DNA of 64,000 bases from Octopus bimaculoides (Eukaryota). The stretch is from positions 61,484,492 to 61,548,491 of the forward strand of contig NC_068984.1 of assembly GCF_001194135.2 (NCBI RefSeq). Direction: 5' to 3'. Below are positions 35,111 through 48,115 of the stretch, piece by piece (the stretch's first letter is position 1; each line of letters opens with the position of its first letter). The position numbers and the translations under genes were made by a program. The notes beneath the pieces are model-generated. The model was not told where the DNA came from, ran no database searches, and saw nothing but the letters and a program-made list of their open reading frames with translations.

Positions 35111-35990
35111 CGTAGTCTGATCAATAAGTATCCTGACTGTTGTCATAGTAACGAAGCTAAAGGACGCTTGGCACAGATTGACCATAAACTCCACTGTGCA
35201 TGTGTGCTGAGTTTTAAGGTTCAAGCCCACTTCCGCTGTTTACAACTGTGCTTAGAAGAAAGGTGTGTAGCGTGTGATTGTCGCATTGATCATGACAGAG
35301 AAAGTTCAGAAGAGAATCTGCATCAAATTTTGCCAAAAGCTTAGCAATACCTGCTCATAGGCCTACGCAATGTTTTCAAAAAGTTTTCATAATTCTCGAC
35401 ACAATAAAGGAGATCTTGTGCAACTGGAACCCGAGTATCCTTTTGGCCAGTTGAAAGCAGTTTTGACACAAACTTGGCAGACACGCGTCTCATACCCAAA
35501 TCGTCAGTGATAATGGGCTGAACTGAACCGTAAATAATCTGCCCATCGTCTGATAACTCATGGATGGTGATTCGACGATTTCTTCTCACAGCTGCACGCA
35601 CATCTGCAATATTTTTCTCAGCTCTGCTGGTTGCAGGTCTCTCAGAACGTTCATCAATATAGACATTTTTTCATTCATCTTGGAAACGTCTGAACTACTC
35701 GTACACTTTTGTGCGGCTCATACACTCCTCTCCATAAACTTTCTGGAAATTTGCGTAGGCCTCTGAGCAGATATCGTCATCACAACTTTCTGTCATGGTT
35801 AATGCAACGATCACACGCTACACAAATGTCTTCCAAATACTACTGGAAACAGCGGATGTGAACTAGAACGTTAAGACTTAATGAGCAGGCTCAGCGGAGT
35901 TTATTGTCAATCTTTGCCAAGCAGCTTTACTCCGAGTGATTTAGGGTCGTTACTATGGCAACAGTCCCGATATTTATTGATCAGATCTCG
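35111..35990. mobile_element. mariner-derived foldback element made of two 5' ends
   Basis: TA-flanked ~45-bp TIRs (CGTAGTCTGATCAATAAGTATCCTGACTGTTGTCATAGTAACGA and its reverse complement). The left arm encodes MTEKVQERICIKFCQKL on plus. The right arm encodes the same N-terminus and HTH (SEAYANFQKVYGEECMSRTKVYE...RRNRRITIHEL...LGMRRVSAKFVSKLL) on minus. Confidence 0.85.
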
Positions 35991-36314
35991 TAATAAGCTA
36001 ATTCAGCCATACAAAACACAATTTGCATGCTAAAAAAAAATATATAATTGTGAGTGATTCGTCAAGCTTCGGAATGAATTACTTCAACCGAATATACTCA
36101 TGTGTTTTAGTAACAATCAAAACAAAACTGCAAATGTTTCTCTTATGATATATTCATATAGTGCTGTCATTCCATGCTACTTGGTAGTAAATGGAAAATT
36201 CAAATTAGTGGTTGTTACTCTCGCAAATGTTTGAACGAATATTAATGGGTGAACGTATAACCAAGGTGCGGATATATGCGACCCTTCAAATTTTGAAGAT
36301 ATTGGCAATTTAAT

Positions 36315-36735
36315 TGAATCAGTTCTTTGACGTGTTTCAGCCATTAGATTGCGGTCATGCTGGGTCAGGTGTTTCATGAAATTTGGTCGAACGAATCAAT
36401 CCTATCATAATTTTCTTTAAGCCTGGTAACTGTTGTTTTGGTGGCACGGGCCGAACACCTAGGTTATGGAAACGTAAAGACACCAACACCGGTTGTCAAA
36501 TGGTGAGAGACCAAGAGAGAACAGCCAAAAACACAGACACAGACACAGACACACACAGACACAGACGCACACACACACACACACACACGTAAAAGCAACG
36601 GACTTCTTTCAGTTACCGTCTAACAAACCATTCACAAGGCTATAGTGAAAGACACTTGTTCAGGGTACCAGGAACCTGGACTGAACAGAGAACCATAGAG
36701 TTGGGAAGCAAACTCCTTACCGTACAGCTTCGCCT
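36315..36735 (-). mobile_element. Family B SINE
   Basis: Reverse complement of family B, including the internal (CA)n, GACTTCTTTCAGTTACCGTCTA and the head ...GAACCATAGAGTTGGGAAGCAAACTCCTTACCGTACAGCTTCGCC. Confidence 0.75.
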
Positions 36736-37074
36736 ACGCCTGATATCTAATTTAAATTAATACAATGCAGCTATATTGGCTTTAGTTTGTTCGTGCTGCA
36801 GTTGCGCTATCTCATTGCGCGGTTGAAATAGAGTGCAATCATGTATGTGAATGTGGTAATGTGATGCATAACTAGAATGAAAGTGGTTGAACAAAGAAAT
36901 GAAATTCAAAGCTGGCAACTTCTTTGTCAGCAGAATAAAGCAATAAGCAAGTATACATACATACATACACACATACATACATACATACATGCATACATAC
37001 ATACATACATGCATGCATACATACACACTCACATACACATAGATACACACACATATACGACTGTCTTTTTCAGC

Positions 37075-37155
37075 TTCCATCTACCAAATCCACTCACAAT
37101 GCTTTGGTCAGCCTGAGGCTATAGTAGAAGACATTTGCTTAAGGGGCCACACAGC
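37075..37155 (-). mobile_element. Family B SINE fragment
   Basis: TTCAGCTTCCATCTACCAAATCCACTCACAATGCTTTGGTCAGCCTGAGGCTATAGTAGAAGACATTTGC matches family B in reverse. Confidence 0.7.
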
Positions 37156-37199
37156 CACTCCTGCGCCTGTGAAAAGAAGTCTCTTGTCAGAAGTGGGAT

Positions 37200-38660
37200 A
37201 TATATATATATATCCATATATCCAGGCCTATTCCCCATTTATTTAGGAAGGGTACCCACAACAAGACATACACCAGGCATACCATTCATTTCCCTGCTCA
37301 AAAGGTGAGCCCCGTTCTATGATCGGGTCAAGGCATAGAACGTAACCCCTAATATCAGCAGCAGCGCCCGACTACATATGCTGGTTTACCTCCGCCGCAT
37401 CATGCTGATTCCGTACCTCTTTGAGCAACATCAAGTTTATACATCCGTCCACAAACACTCTCCAAACTTTTCTATCATTATAAACTCTCTTGCCCCTCTC
37501 ACTCCAACACTTCTAACCACCAAAGCTTTCCTCACTCCATCCATCCACATAAACGAGGTTTGCCTCTGGTTCTGCTACCTACTACTTCTGCCTTCATCAC
37601 CCTCGTTACCACCCGCTCCTCATCCATCCTCTCCATGTGGCCAAACCACCTCAAAGTTCGTCTATCGATTTTGGTTGTTATTTTGGTTTTTTCCTTCATT
37701 CCTTCTCGCCTTCGCACTTTCTCATTCTTCATTCTGTCCCTCATTTGTCACACCAAACATAGCCCTCAGGCATCTTATCTCAAACTCAACTAGTCGCCTC
37801 CTTTCTGCCTCTCTCAGCCCCCACTTTTCACGCCCTCATACACACCTCTTTTCATTTTCATATTCAACCTATTATCTCTCAGCATACATTTCACAACTCC
37901 ACGTATCTTACTTCCCTCCCTCATGTTGTTTCCCACTCCCTCAGCCAAACCCATCCGTCGTCACATGTGATCCCAGATACTTAAAAACACTCACCTCCTC
38001 TAACATCTCATCATTTATACTCACATTCATCCTACCAGCCATTCCATCTCTCGAACATCGCATCATATTACTCTTAGCCACATTCACTTTCAGTTCCCTC
38101 CTCTCACACACTCTTCCAAGCTCTACCACCAGTCTTCTCAGTTGTTCTTCCGAATCCGCCACCAGTGCTGAATCATCAGCAAACAACAACTGACTCACCT
38201 GCCATTTCTTTCCATTTTCTCCCACAATTTGGGCTACCAAAGTTTCTAGCTTTCATCTTTCGCACCACACCAACCATATATAAATTAAACAGCCACGGAG
38301 ACATCACACAACCCTGTTTTAAACCCACCTTCACATCAAACTATTCACTTTCTTCACCACCTACCCTAACGCATGCCCTATTTTCTCTATAAAAACCCTG
38401 TACAGCTCCCAACAATCTACCATCCGCTCTATATAACCGCAACACCTGACACATGGCACCCCTATCCACACAATCATATGCCTTTTCTAGGTCCATAAAG
38501 GCCCAATACACCACCCTCCCTTTTGCCAAATTTTTCTCACACATCTGCCTTACTATAAATATAAGATATGCACACCGCCTTTCACACCTAAAACCACAAT
38601 GCTCCTCCCCTAGTACACTCTGTCTGATTCCTCACCTTTACAGTCAGAATTCTCTCATCT
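37200..38660 (-). mobile_element. RTE-clade LINE, 5'-truncated RT remnant with 3' UTR
   Basis: LGEEHCGFR, AFMDLEKAYDCVDR, QGCVMSPWLFNLY, QLLFADDSALVADSEEQLRRLV..LKVNVAKS, FKYLGS and LRWFGHMERMDEERVVTRVMKAEVVGSRTRGKPR. Confidence 0.92.
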
Positions 38661-39105
38661 AGTTTGCCAAAGCCAAGGCGTAGTATGAGTACAAACCACA
38701 GAGAGTAGCGGAGTCGGAGACAAACAAAATCCTCTGTGATTTCTTATTCGAAATAGATCAAGTGCTAGAGCATAACAGACCGGACCTCGTAGTGGTAGAC
38801 AAGGTGCACCTCATGTGCTATATAGTTGATGTTGCATGCCCTTTTGACCCACGAATAGTCAAGAAGGAAGGCGAAAAGATAGATAAATACAACCCTCTTA
38901 AATATGAAATATCCCGACTATGGAAAATGAAGGTGAAGATAGTGACTCTTATTGCTGGATCCTTGAGAAAAGTATCAGAAACATCAAGAGGAATAGAAAG
39001 GAAATTAGAACAGAGTGCTCAGTAGAACTGTTACCAATATTTGCCTTCTTGGTACGACCAGATACTTTCCGTCATACCCAGCAAAATAAGATGTGAGTTT
39101 TCATC

Positions 39106-39110
<5 letters not shown>
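38661..39110 (+). mobile_element. R4/Dong-like LINE 3' fragment (RLE domain)
   Basis: YEYKPQRVAESETNKILCDF, EHNRPDLVVVDKVHLMCYIVDVACPFDPRIVKKEGEKIDKYNPLKYEISRLWKMKVKIV; tail CATACCCAGCAAAATAAGATGTGAGTTTTC followed by (AAT)n. Confidence 0.9.
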
Positions 39111-39245
<135 letters not shown>

Positions 39246-40144
39246 GTAATTTTGAAAATAATAATGAGAATTACAAAAACCAGATTATAATTGGCGCAAG
39301 TACATTGTTCTAGAGTATGTCTCTGTGTGCCCTCGTTTTAGAACAGATATCACCGTCACACTCTCAGTTTAACTTTCTAAATGCTATATTATTTCAATAA
39401 TTATCCAGAGTAAACTTGAGAGATGCTCCCGAAAACTTTACTTGTTAACTTCAAGTGATAATTTGATTGATGTGGATAACCTAGAGATTCGTTGTAGATT
39501 TTATTCAAGTTCAATAAGACAGAAATTGAGTTTGTTTAATCTTTGCTGCTATGATTTTTCATTAGTGTATTCGCCTTTCAACGAGCTAGCCAGCCTTTCA
39601 TATTTGTCTTTAGAATCAGCTGCAATTGTTAAAATCTATATTTTAAACGAGGTAATCAATACACTTCTTTTTCACTGAATTATATATATCTACTTCCCAC
39701 TGGCTAACTAACAGCATTCAGGGATATTCAATAGCTCATAATGGAAATATTTATACATGTTCATCATTGTCAGATGTTTCTTTTTATTCTTAAAATTACG
39801 GCTTATTTTCCTCCAAATTTTAAAGATTTTTATGTATATTGCAAGCTATCTATTCCAAGTAGTATGACTGAAAAAGATTCTAGATAATTTTAACATTAAT
39901 ATATTCAGGAATTTTGTCCTCTTATTTGAAATATTTCGTTTGGCTTTAAGTCAGATTGATTAATGATTATTTAAAAAGAAATCAAAAATACATACATAAT
40001 TTTATGTGTTTTTCAGACGCTGATTGGAAATTATGATTATTTCAGTAAGGTTAAAGAATTTTAAATAGCTTTTGAATAGATAAGATTTTAAAAATAATGT
40101 TATTGTCAGTGTGCTACATTGAGTTGCTTTTGACATTATCTTGT

Positions 40145-40336
40145 ATCTTTTACTTGTTCTAGTCATTGGACTGCAGTGAGGCTGCGGCACCGTACTGAAT
40201 GGTGCGGCCCAACAAATTTACCCCAATACTAATATTTTCAAGTCTGGTATTTATTTTATCGGTATATTTTGCCGAACAACTAGATTACGGTGACGTAGAG
40301 AAACCAGCACTGGTCATCAAGCTGTTGTAGGCACAC

Positions 40337-40400
<64 letters not shown>

Positions 40401-40416
40401 TACGTATGCATGTATA

Positions 40417-40464
<48 letters not shown>

Positions 40465-40600
40465 ATATATGCGATGTGCTTCTGTCAGTTTCCATGCACC
40501 AAATGCACACAGGAGGAATTGGCTGGCCCGAGCAAGAGTAAAAGACACTAGATTAAGCTTCTTAACCACACCACTTCGGCTGCGCTTATATAGCTACACT
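40145..40600 (-). mobile_element. Family B SINE with an expanded internal (CA)n/(TA)n
   Basis: TTTTACTTGTTCTAGTCATTGGACTGCAG...TTTGCCGAACAACTAGATTACGGTGACGTAGAGAAACCAGCACTGGT...(CA)n...CTTCTGTCAGTTTCCATGCACCAAAT...TTAACCACACCAC. Confidence 0.75.
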
Positions 40601-41211
40601 TGTAGGTGCAGCCGTGTTTATATAAATACGGCTGGGCCTAATTAATTTCCTAAAAGATAATTTCTTTTTCTGTTTAAAGATTTTGTTTACTGTCAAAAAA
40701 TAGTTTCTGGTCACATTACTCGTTCATGGGATCTACCCAGTACTATTTGGAAAGGAATTCAATAACTTTTTCTTGTGTCATCTCTTCCTGAGTTGATTGT
40801 TGTGTCCATCACCTTCCCTCACAAAACTAAAAACTATAATTAATCTTTATTTTAGCTTGAATATTCATACATATGACAGATACTACTCCTCTATCAAATA
40901 TTTGGGAACTAAACTTGCTCTTTAGATTATTAATAGTTTATTATATAGAATAGGAAAAAGACCAGATACATGGTTAGACGGAGTGTAGTTGATTAAAATC
41001 ATCCGTCATAAATAGAAATAAATTTCTTTCAACTCAAACATTTGAAAATGAGATATGACTCAGTGAGATTCAACACATTCCTTATAATTGTATTTAGTAT
41101 TCCTCAAGAAGCATATTCTCATGGAACTTACAGAACAGCAATTAGTTTGATAAAGTTGTCTTTATATACTTATCATTGTTTTAATGAAGTAATATATCAG
41201 AGTGTGTATAA

Positions 41212-41425
41212 GGCGGTGAGCTGGCAGTATAGTTAGCACATCGGCTGAAATGATTAGCGGCATTTCCTACGCTTTTACATTATGAATTCAAATTCAACCT
41301 ATGTCGACTTTGCCTTTCATCCTTTCGGATTCAATAAGATAAGTACTAATTGAGCACTGGTGTCGATTGCATCGACTTAGCCTTTTCGGTGAGCTTGCTG
41401 TCCTTGTGATAAAATTTGAAATCAA
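41212..41425 (+). mobile_element. Family A SINE
   Basis: AAGGCGGTGAGCTGGCAGTATAGTTAGCACATCGG...GTCGACTTTGCCTTTCATCCTTTCGG...AAAATTTGAAATC. Confidence 0.9.
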
Positions 41426-43197
41426 TATATCACATTGAGTTATTTTTAGGAAGAACAATGGGTTGGATAATCAGTAGAATGATGGAGAAAAACCTTCCAC
41501 TTTTGTGATAAATACCTCTATTTTATGCACTCAAGCCTCTCTTTCTGATTACGATAAATAAGTATAAGTCAGGTACTGAAGTCGATTTAATCAAAATATA
41601 GTGTCCAGAAGAAGTGGACCTGTGGGTGTTACAAATCAATATATTATTTTATAAATACCTTTACTTCTATACTTGCGCTAAAGTAAAGAAAGTTCTGTGA
41701 CTTACGAATTGAAATTCCCCCCCACCAATGTTTTGATAGGTTGATCATATTTGATTTATTACCTTTGGTATTTCCTTTCGGATTTTAAACAGTGCTATAG
41801 GAAGTCTTGGTTTATTAAATGTATAAAAAATTCATAGTTATTTGAAGTTTTTGAATACTTCTATATTATATATGCAAGATAATAACATTCGTTTATTTAA
41901 TATGCTGAACGATCCCTCAGTTATTTCCATCATGACTAATATTAATGTATTATTAATGAATTAGAGGAAGTGATGGCAGATAATTTCACATCAGGGCCTT
42001 CGTGGAAACGGGAGATTGATAGATTTCCTATAAACCTGAAGCTTTTGTAGAGCGATACAAGATATCAAAGGAGAATTTATAATGTCTCTTAACCTGCTAC
42101 TAATAGATGATATATTGTTTTGAAATATCACCCAGTCCTAGGAAGTAGACTATATACTAGGTTGAATAACTCTGGCTACAATATGCCAGAAAGATGTGAT
42201 GGTTAAATACGGCAGCTCAATAAAATGATTAAATTCGACATTCTCAGTTCAATTCTACTCTTAACAAAATATTGAATCAGACATGACAAGAAAGAACTTT
42301 TTAAATTGTTAAAAGTAATGATTTGTTTTTTTAACATAATGTACAAATTCAATTAAGCAGACTACAATATTTGCCTAATCTTCTAAAGACATCCTGCTAT
42401 ACATAGCCGTAAATATAGAAATGGTTGTATTGTAACTGTATGCTTTTCACGCCAGAAGATCAACACAACATTCAGTAAAATATATATTTCTTATATACAC
42501 ATATATATTTCTTATATACACATTTCATCTTCTTCATGCACCAGGATATAATAGTCATGTGGAAAACAATCCGCCAACTCTTGTATATGCTTACACAACT
42601 CCTTTACAAACTTTGCAAAAAGCTCAGTGTGAAACTATTCAGTATGAAGCAAGAACAAGAATCACATATTTCAAAAATCTTACAAACATCTACATAGGCA
42701 GTGACATATATATATTCAATAAATGAGTGCTGAGTACATCAAAATATATATATTCCACTAGAAAACATAAAATTTATTTAAACTTAATAACATAATAGAA
42801 GCAGCCAACATGATGTAGGCAGACACAATAAACAAACAATCCAAAGAAAAAAACAAATGAGAAATAATGAAAGTAGACTAAAGAAAATCATATACCCAGT
42901 AAAATATGAATGTAACACAAACAAAAAGAGCAAAGTATTAACAGCAACATCAACAAAAAATACTACATCATATACCTCGATAGGATGCTTAACATTAGGG
43001 ATGAGATTTCCCAATGGTATATAGTGACAATTCCTTACATTTATAGAGACTTTGAGGATTTAAGTGTGCATAGGGATATATTATTTAAATAATATGTAAA
43101 ATTATTTTCGATTGGTTCTGTTCAAATATGTTGAATTGTCAATTACTAAGTAGACTGTGTCTACTCATTCTAGTAGTTAATAAATACACATCCTGTG

Positions 43198-43610
43198 AAG
43201 GCGGTGAGTTGGCAGAATCGTTAGCAACGTCGGACAAATTGGTTAGTGGCATTTCGTCCGTCTTTACGCTTGAGCTCAAATTTTGCCGTGATCGAATTTG
43301 CATTTCGGGATGGATAAAATAAATACTAGTTAAGCACTGGGGTCGATGTAATCGACTCACATTCCTACCCTGGCAATACTTGCCTTGAGCCGAAAGTTGA
43401 AATACAAGGCGGCGAGCAGGCAGAATCGTTACGTTGTGGGAGAAAAAGCATAGCGGTATTTCGTCCATCTTTATGTTCTGAGTTCAAATGTAGCCGGGTT
43501 CGATTTTACCTTCGGGGTCAATAAAATAAGTACCAGTTGAGCTCTCGGGTCGGTGGAATCGACTTACCCCTTCCTCCGAATTTGCAGGCCTTGTGCCAAA
43601 ATTTAAAACC
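43198..43610 (+). mobile_element. Two head-to-tail family A SINEs (about 43198-43400 and 43408-43610)
   Basis: Two successive heads, GAAGGCGGTGAGTTGGCAGAATCGTTAGC and AAGGCGGCGAGCAGGCAGAATCGTTAC, each followed by the central and 3' SINE parts. Confidence 0.9.
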
Positions 43611-45741
43611 AATGTATTATATTTGCGGTAAAAGTTGCATTTGAAGCACACATGCAGAAAGCTTAGTAAGAGATGGTGGTATCGCCTGCGAAAAGTTATG
43701 GTGATGAAACATATGGGCATATAGATTATAAATTGATAAAATCCTTTCCGACTTTTGGGTTGGACAGGATTCGATTAGCTGCTTTACGAAAATTAGTAAA
43801 AGCAGGCTCAATAAGGCTCATTAACTGGTGTTAGATTATTTTAAAGCCAGATTCGGTCATAAATGAACTGCACTGCATAATACTAAACTTTTTACGGATG
43901 ATATTCAACATAGGACCTTGGATCATAGTGATACGAAGTAAGGTTGGCTTTAGTAAATCGGTGCTTGAGCGTTAAATGTAGGAGATAGAAAGTGTTTGGA
44001 AAGTATTGGTCTTCATGTTGTATGAACCTAAAACAAGGCGGCCAGGAAATTTAGTTACGTTACCAACAGGAGAATTACTTAAAAACTCAGTTTAGTTTAG
44101 ACGTGATATGAAGGAGAATTTTCCTTCGTTTTTGAATCTGTGAAGAAATTTAGCGTAACCCCTTAATTTAAATTGTACGTAAGTTACATTGTTAATAATA
44201 TTTAGTTTATCCATTCGTGAAGTTTTACTCTCAACTTGAAATCAATTTAGTGTAATGTAACGTAATTACGCAGAAAAAATAGTTTTACTTACGCAAAAAT
44301 CCTTACAAAATTGTTTTGAAGAAATAAACATTTAAATCATTTTCACAGGAATTTCTTTTTACAATACAGAAAAGTTGGACTAAACTGAATAGCAAATACA
44401 AATATTTAATCATCGTATTTTAATTAAAACTGTACACATTGTCTTAATTAGATAATGAATTTAATATATATGAACGTAAGAAAAATGATAGCTATCTAGG
44501 TGATAAATCTTGCAGCTATATTGGACGGATCAAATGTTAGGTATAAAATTATTCAAGGAAGAATTTTAATTTTTAAATACAATCTAGCTGAATAGGAAAA
44601 TAATTCAAAAAAGAACAGCTTAGTTTTTATTTTTCCAATTAAGCATTAACAATATAAAACTTTCAGGTCTAACACTTTAACATGCAGATTACTCTACCAA
44701 ATGTTTATTTATTCGCATTGTTTTGAATCAATCATGCATTACCGCATAAGTTTGAGATTTCATTTGTAAGTTTGCTTATATTTTTCAATGACATTACAGG
44801 GTTGGTGTGAGAGGCTGGGTTTGGTCAATTTTAAAACGTAAAACGAGTTGAATAGTTTGGCCGGATTAAATGCTAAATAGTTAATGCATTGGAATGTTTT
44901 GTTCTGTAAGTTCCAAAAGATTGTGACTTCGTTCAATAATATATGCACGGAGATTTTTAATCGATGCACTAAGTTACAGATTTTATGCGTGCGTTGCAGT
45001 CCATTAATATAATTCCACAATACTAATGATGCTTGTTTTACTAACCCCCGAGGAACAAAATTCAATAATCACATACAGAGTTATAAACCTGAAAGTATGA
45101 AAAGATGTTACTTAGGTGTATTCTTCGTTTCGTCATGCTCTCTATCGATTCTACCATAAATATAAATACAAACTGAAAGTGCACTAAATTCTTGATACAA
45201 GACATGAAATATAAAAGAGAAGCGTCTCTTCCTTGAAGTAAACAAAAATACCAACAGTAGTTTAGTTAATAAACATGTTGCATTAGTTTTACAATAGTTT
45301 AAAAAATTATCGAATATTAATTTTTGTTACCTTCGAATATTTTGTTTCTTTCTTTCTAAACTAACATCTAAACAAATTTACGATTAATTTGAAATCCTGT
45401 AGTTATTAGTAAGTACTTGATGTTGCACTGGAGACGACATCTCATTGTATTTTAAGAACAATCAGTTTAGTAGCTCTCCAACATTTTTCAGTCATTATTC
45501 AACATCAGTAAATTGCATTTATGAGTGTTAAATAATTTTAACGTGAATTTAATCCGTAAGGTAGCGTTGCCTCATTATAAAACTATAGCGTTCGAAATGT
45601 TAGCCTCTGAAACTAACTGTGCAAATTGGATTCATCTGTATATGTATGCATTTGTTTTGTCACAAAATCCGTTGCACTCCGGAGAATCCGGAATGCAACA
45701 GTTACAACCTAGATTACTAAATTTTGTTATTTATTTATCAG

Positions 45742-45795
45742 TAACGATCAAAGTTAAAAACGATATCACTACATGCATAGACGGAACTGTATGCT
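45742..45795 (+). CDS. Candidate 54-nt phase 1-1 exon, unknown product
   Basis: Acceptor ttttgttatttatttatcAG and donor GTAAGT; open frame TIKVKNDITTCIDGTVC. Confidence 0.25.
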
Positions 45796-46774
45796 GTAAG
45801 TTCTGTGGCTACCATTTTAAAACATTTGCTGACGCACCACTACCTATTTAGAATTAACAAATACGAACGATATTTAAAATTATTTAAGTAATATAAATTT
45901 TTTTTTAAATGTTATTTGAATGTTAATAAATTATTCTAAAATGAATTCATATTCACTTTAGCGTTTCGGAAGGAAATTATAGAACAAAATGGAAAACAAT
46001 TTATTATTTCCATTTAGGATAATTATCAATGCCCCTAATGGGTTTCTTGCGGATTATATATCATATTTAGTCGACTAAAAGCCTTTGTGAACAAATAATA
46101 TCATAGAATTGAAAAGTCACTAAACGATTTTCTGCGAACAAAGCAAGTTTAAATCGTTTTGCAGGAAATGTATGTATGTTTATTTTGATTTCAATGATTT
46201 TATACAATCTATAATTCCATTCAGTATGCAGTGCTGAATTTCCATTTAAATGCGAACGTTTGTTTTGTTTGAATATATTATTAGGTATTAATCAGCTACG
46301 TATCATCTTAAACAACTATTTGTTTTTTTCATTTATAAATCTAAAAATTTAGAATTTAAGAATTAAAATCCATTTGTTAAATACTTCGACAATTGCGTGA
46401 CAAAATCTTAAATTCAAAGGAAAATGCATATAACACGAAATCTATGTGTCGAGAAATATAACTTTCGAGTTAATAGGATACATCTGAAAGCATAAGTGTC
46501 AGTTTTTGTGTACTGACGCAAAATTCGTGCTTATGTATTGAATATACTTAAAACTTTCTCAAAGCTCGTAATTTAAAGATATCCGTTCTCAAGTCAGCTC
46601 TGCTTCCAGCATTATTTTGTATTAGGATGCGTTATATTTATTTCTTATTTTCTAGTTGCTGTGTATGGTGGACAGAATATTATCTTATAACTTATAATAT
46701 GGATTTGCAACATATCTTTGTGGGAATCCAATTTGTGTTATGAATAAGTACACTGGAAGTAATAGTTTATTATA

Positions 46775-46776
<2 letters not shown>

Positions 46777-46869
<93 letters not shown>
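46777..46869. repeat. (AG)n microsatellite
   Basis: About 45 uninterrupted AG units. Confidence 0.97.
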
Positions 46870-46872
<3 letters not shown>

Positions 46873-47699
46873 TGAATACGCAATTCAAGACTCAATAGTA
46901 GATGATAATAAATATTAATAAACATCGGGCAGTAATCTCTTGCAAATTGATATTATGTTCTTTAGAAAATAAGTACACTGCAAGTACCTTAAAATATAAA
47001 CTCGAAATTTGAGTATATGTGCTTACGAAATACGTTATGATTGCAGAAAATATAGTGCTGAAGTCTTTCTGAATTAGGAATTTGACTTGAAACATGTTAT
47101 TTTATTTATCCTCATGTGAACAATAAAATAACTGAAATAAATATGATTGAAGTTTACAAAATTCAAATTATAAACCATACTTCAGAGCATCACCACAAAG
47201 ATAATCTGGTTTTCGTTATCATTGTTTTCATATTAATTATTAAATAAAAAAACGAGTGATATATTGTTTTCTTAGCGCAGGGCTAATTTTCGTTCGAGAG
47301 GTAGATGTATAAGGAATTGAATAACGCTGAGTACATTAGTGATATCCATCAACCTAAGAGGATGAATTGCAGAGTATTGGACCCCAAAATTAGTTGAAAA
47401 TATAACGCAGAGGGATAAAGCTATTGGGAATGACATACTTTCGTTCACACTTCCCCGTTTATTTACGCTTGATAACCGGTAACCAAATAAAAACAAGAAG
47501 AGCAACAAGTTGTCGTTATGCTGCGTGTTAACATTAATTTCCAATTTATATAATCCGATGACCTAATTTTCAGAGACAGATTATTCTTGATAGTATACTT
47601 TACTTCTAATTATATAGTATTATAATGAAGATACTTTAGAAGAGTACCATGTAAAGTCAATATTTTTGGTGTAATATTGAGTTCAAATTTTGAAAAAAA

Positions 47700-48115
47700 G
47701 CCAGAAATTTTAGGGGCGGAGGCAAGTCGATTACATTGACCCCAGTGTTCAGCTGCTACTTATCGTATCGACCCCGAAAGGACAAAAGGTAAAATCGTCC
47801 TCAGTGGAATTTGAAATCAGAACGTAATGACGCATGAAATGCCGCTAAGCATTTTTCCTCGGCACTCATTTCGTTATTGCAATATTAATATTCATGGCAA
47901 GACGGCGGGGTGGCAGAATTGTCAGTACGCCGGGCAAAACGCTTAGCAGCATTTCACCTGTCTTTACGTGCTGAGTTCAAATATCACCCAGGTCGACTTC
48001 ACCTTTCAACCTTTCGGGGTCGATGAAATAAGTGCCACTTGAACACTGGAGTCCATGTAACCGACTTACCCCTTCCCGAAATTGCTAACCTTTTTTCCAA
48101 ACTTTGAAACCAATA
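47700..48115. mobile_element. Head-to-head family A SINE pair (minus about 47700-47862, plus about 47898-48115)
   Basis: The minus copy ends at ...GAAATGCCGCTAAGCATTTTTCC; the plus copy starts at GACGGCGGGGTGGCAGAATTGTCAGTACGCCGGGCAAAACGCTTAGC. Confidence 0.85.

Noticed and set aside
37378-38193. 271-aa plus-strand ORF
   Set aside because: It is the antisense frame of the RTE remnant; the real motifs are on the minus strand.
43615-43660. C2H2 zinc-finger fragment (ICGKS)
   Set aside because: It has an immediate stop codon and no His pair or linker.
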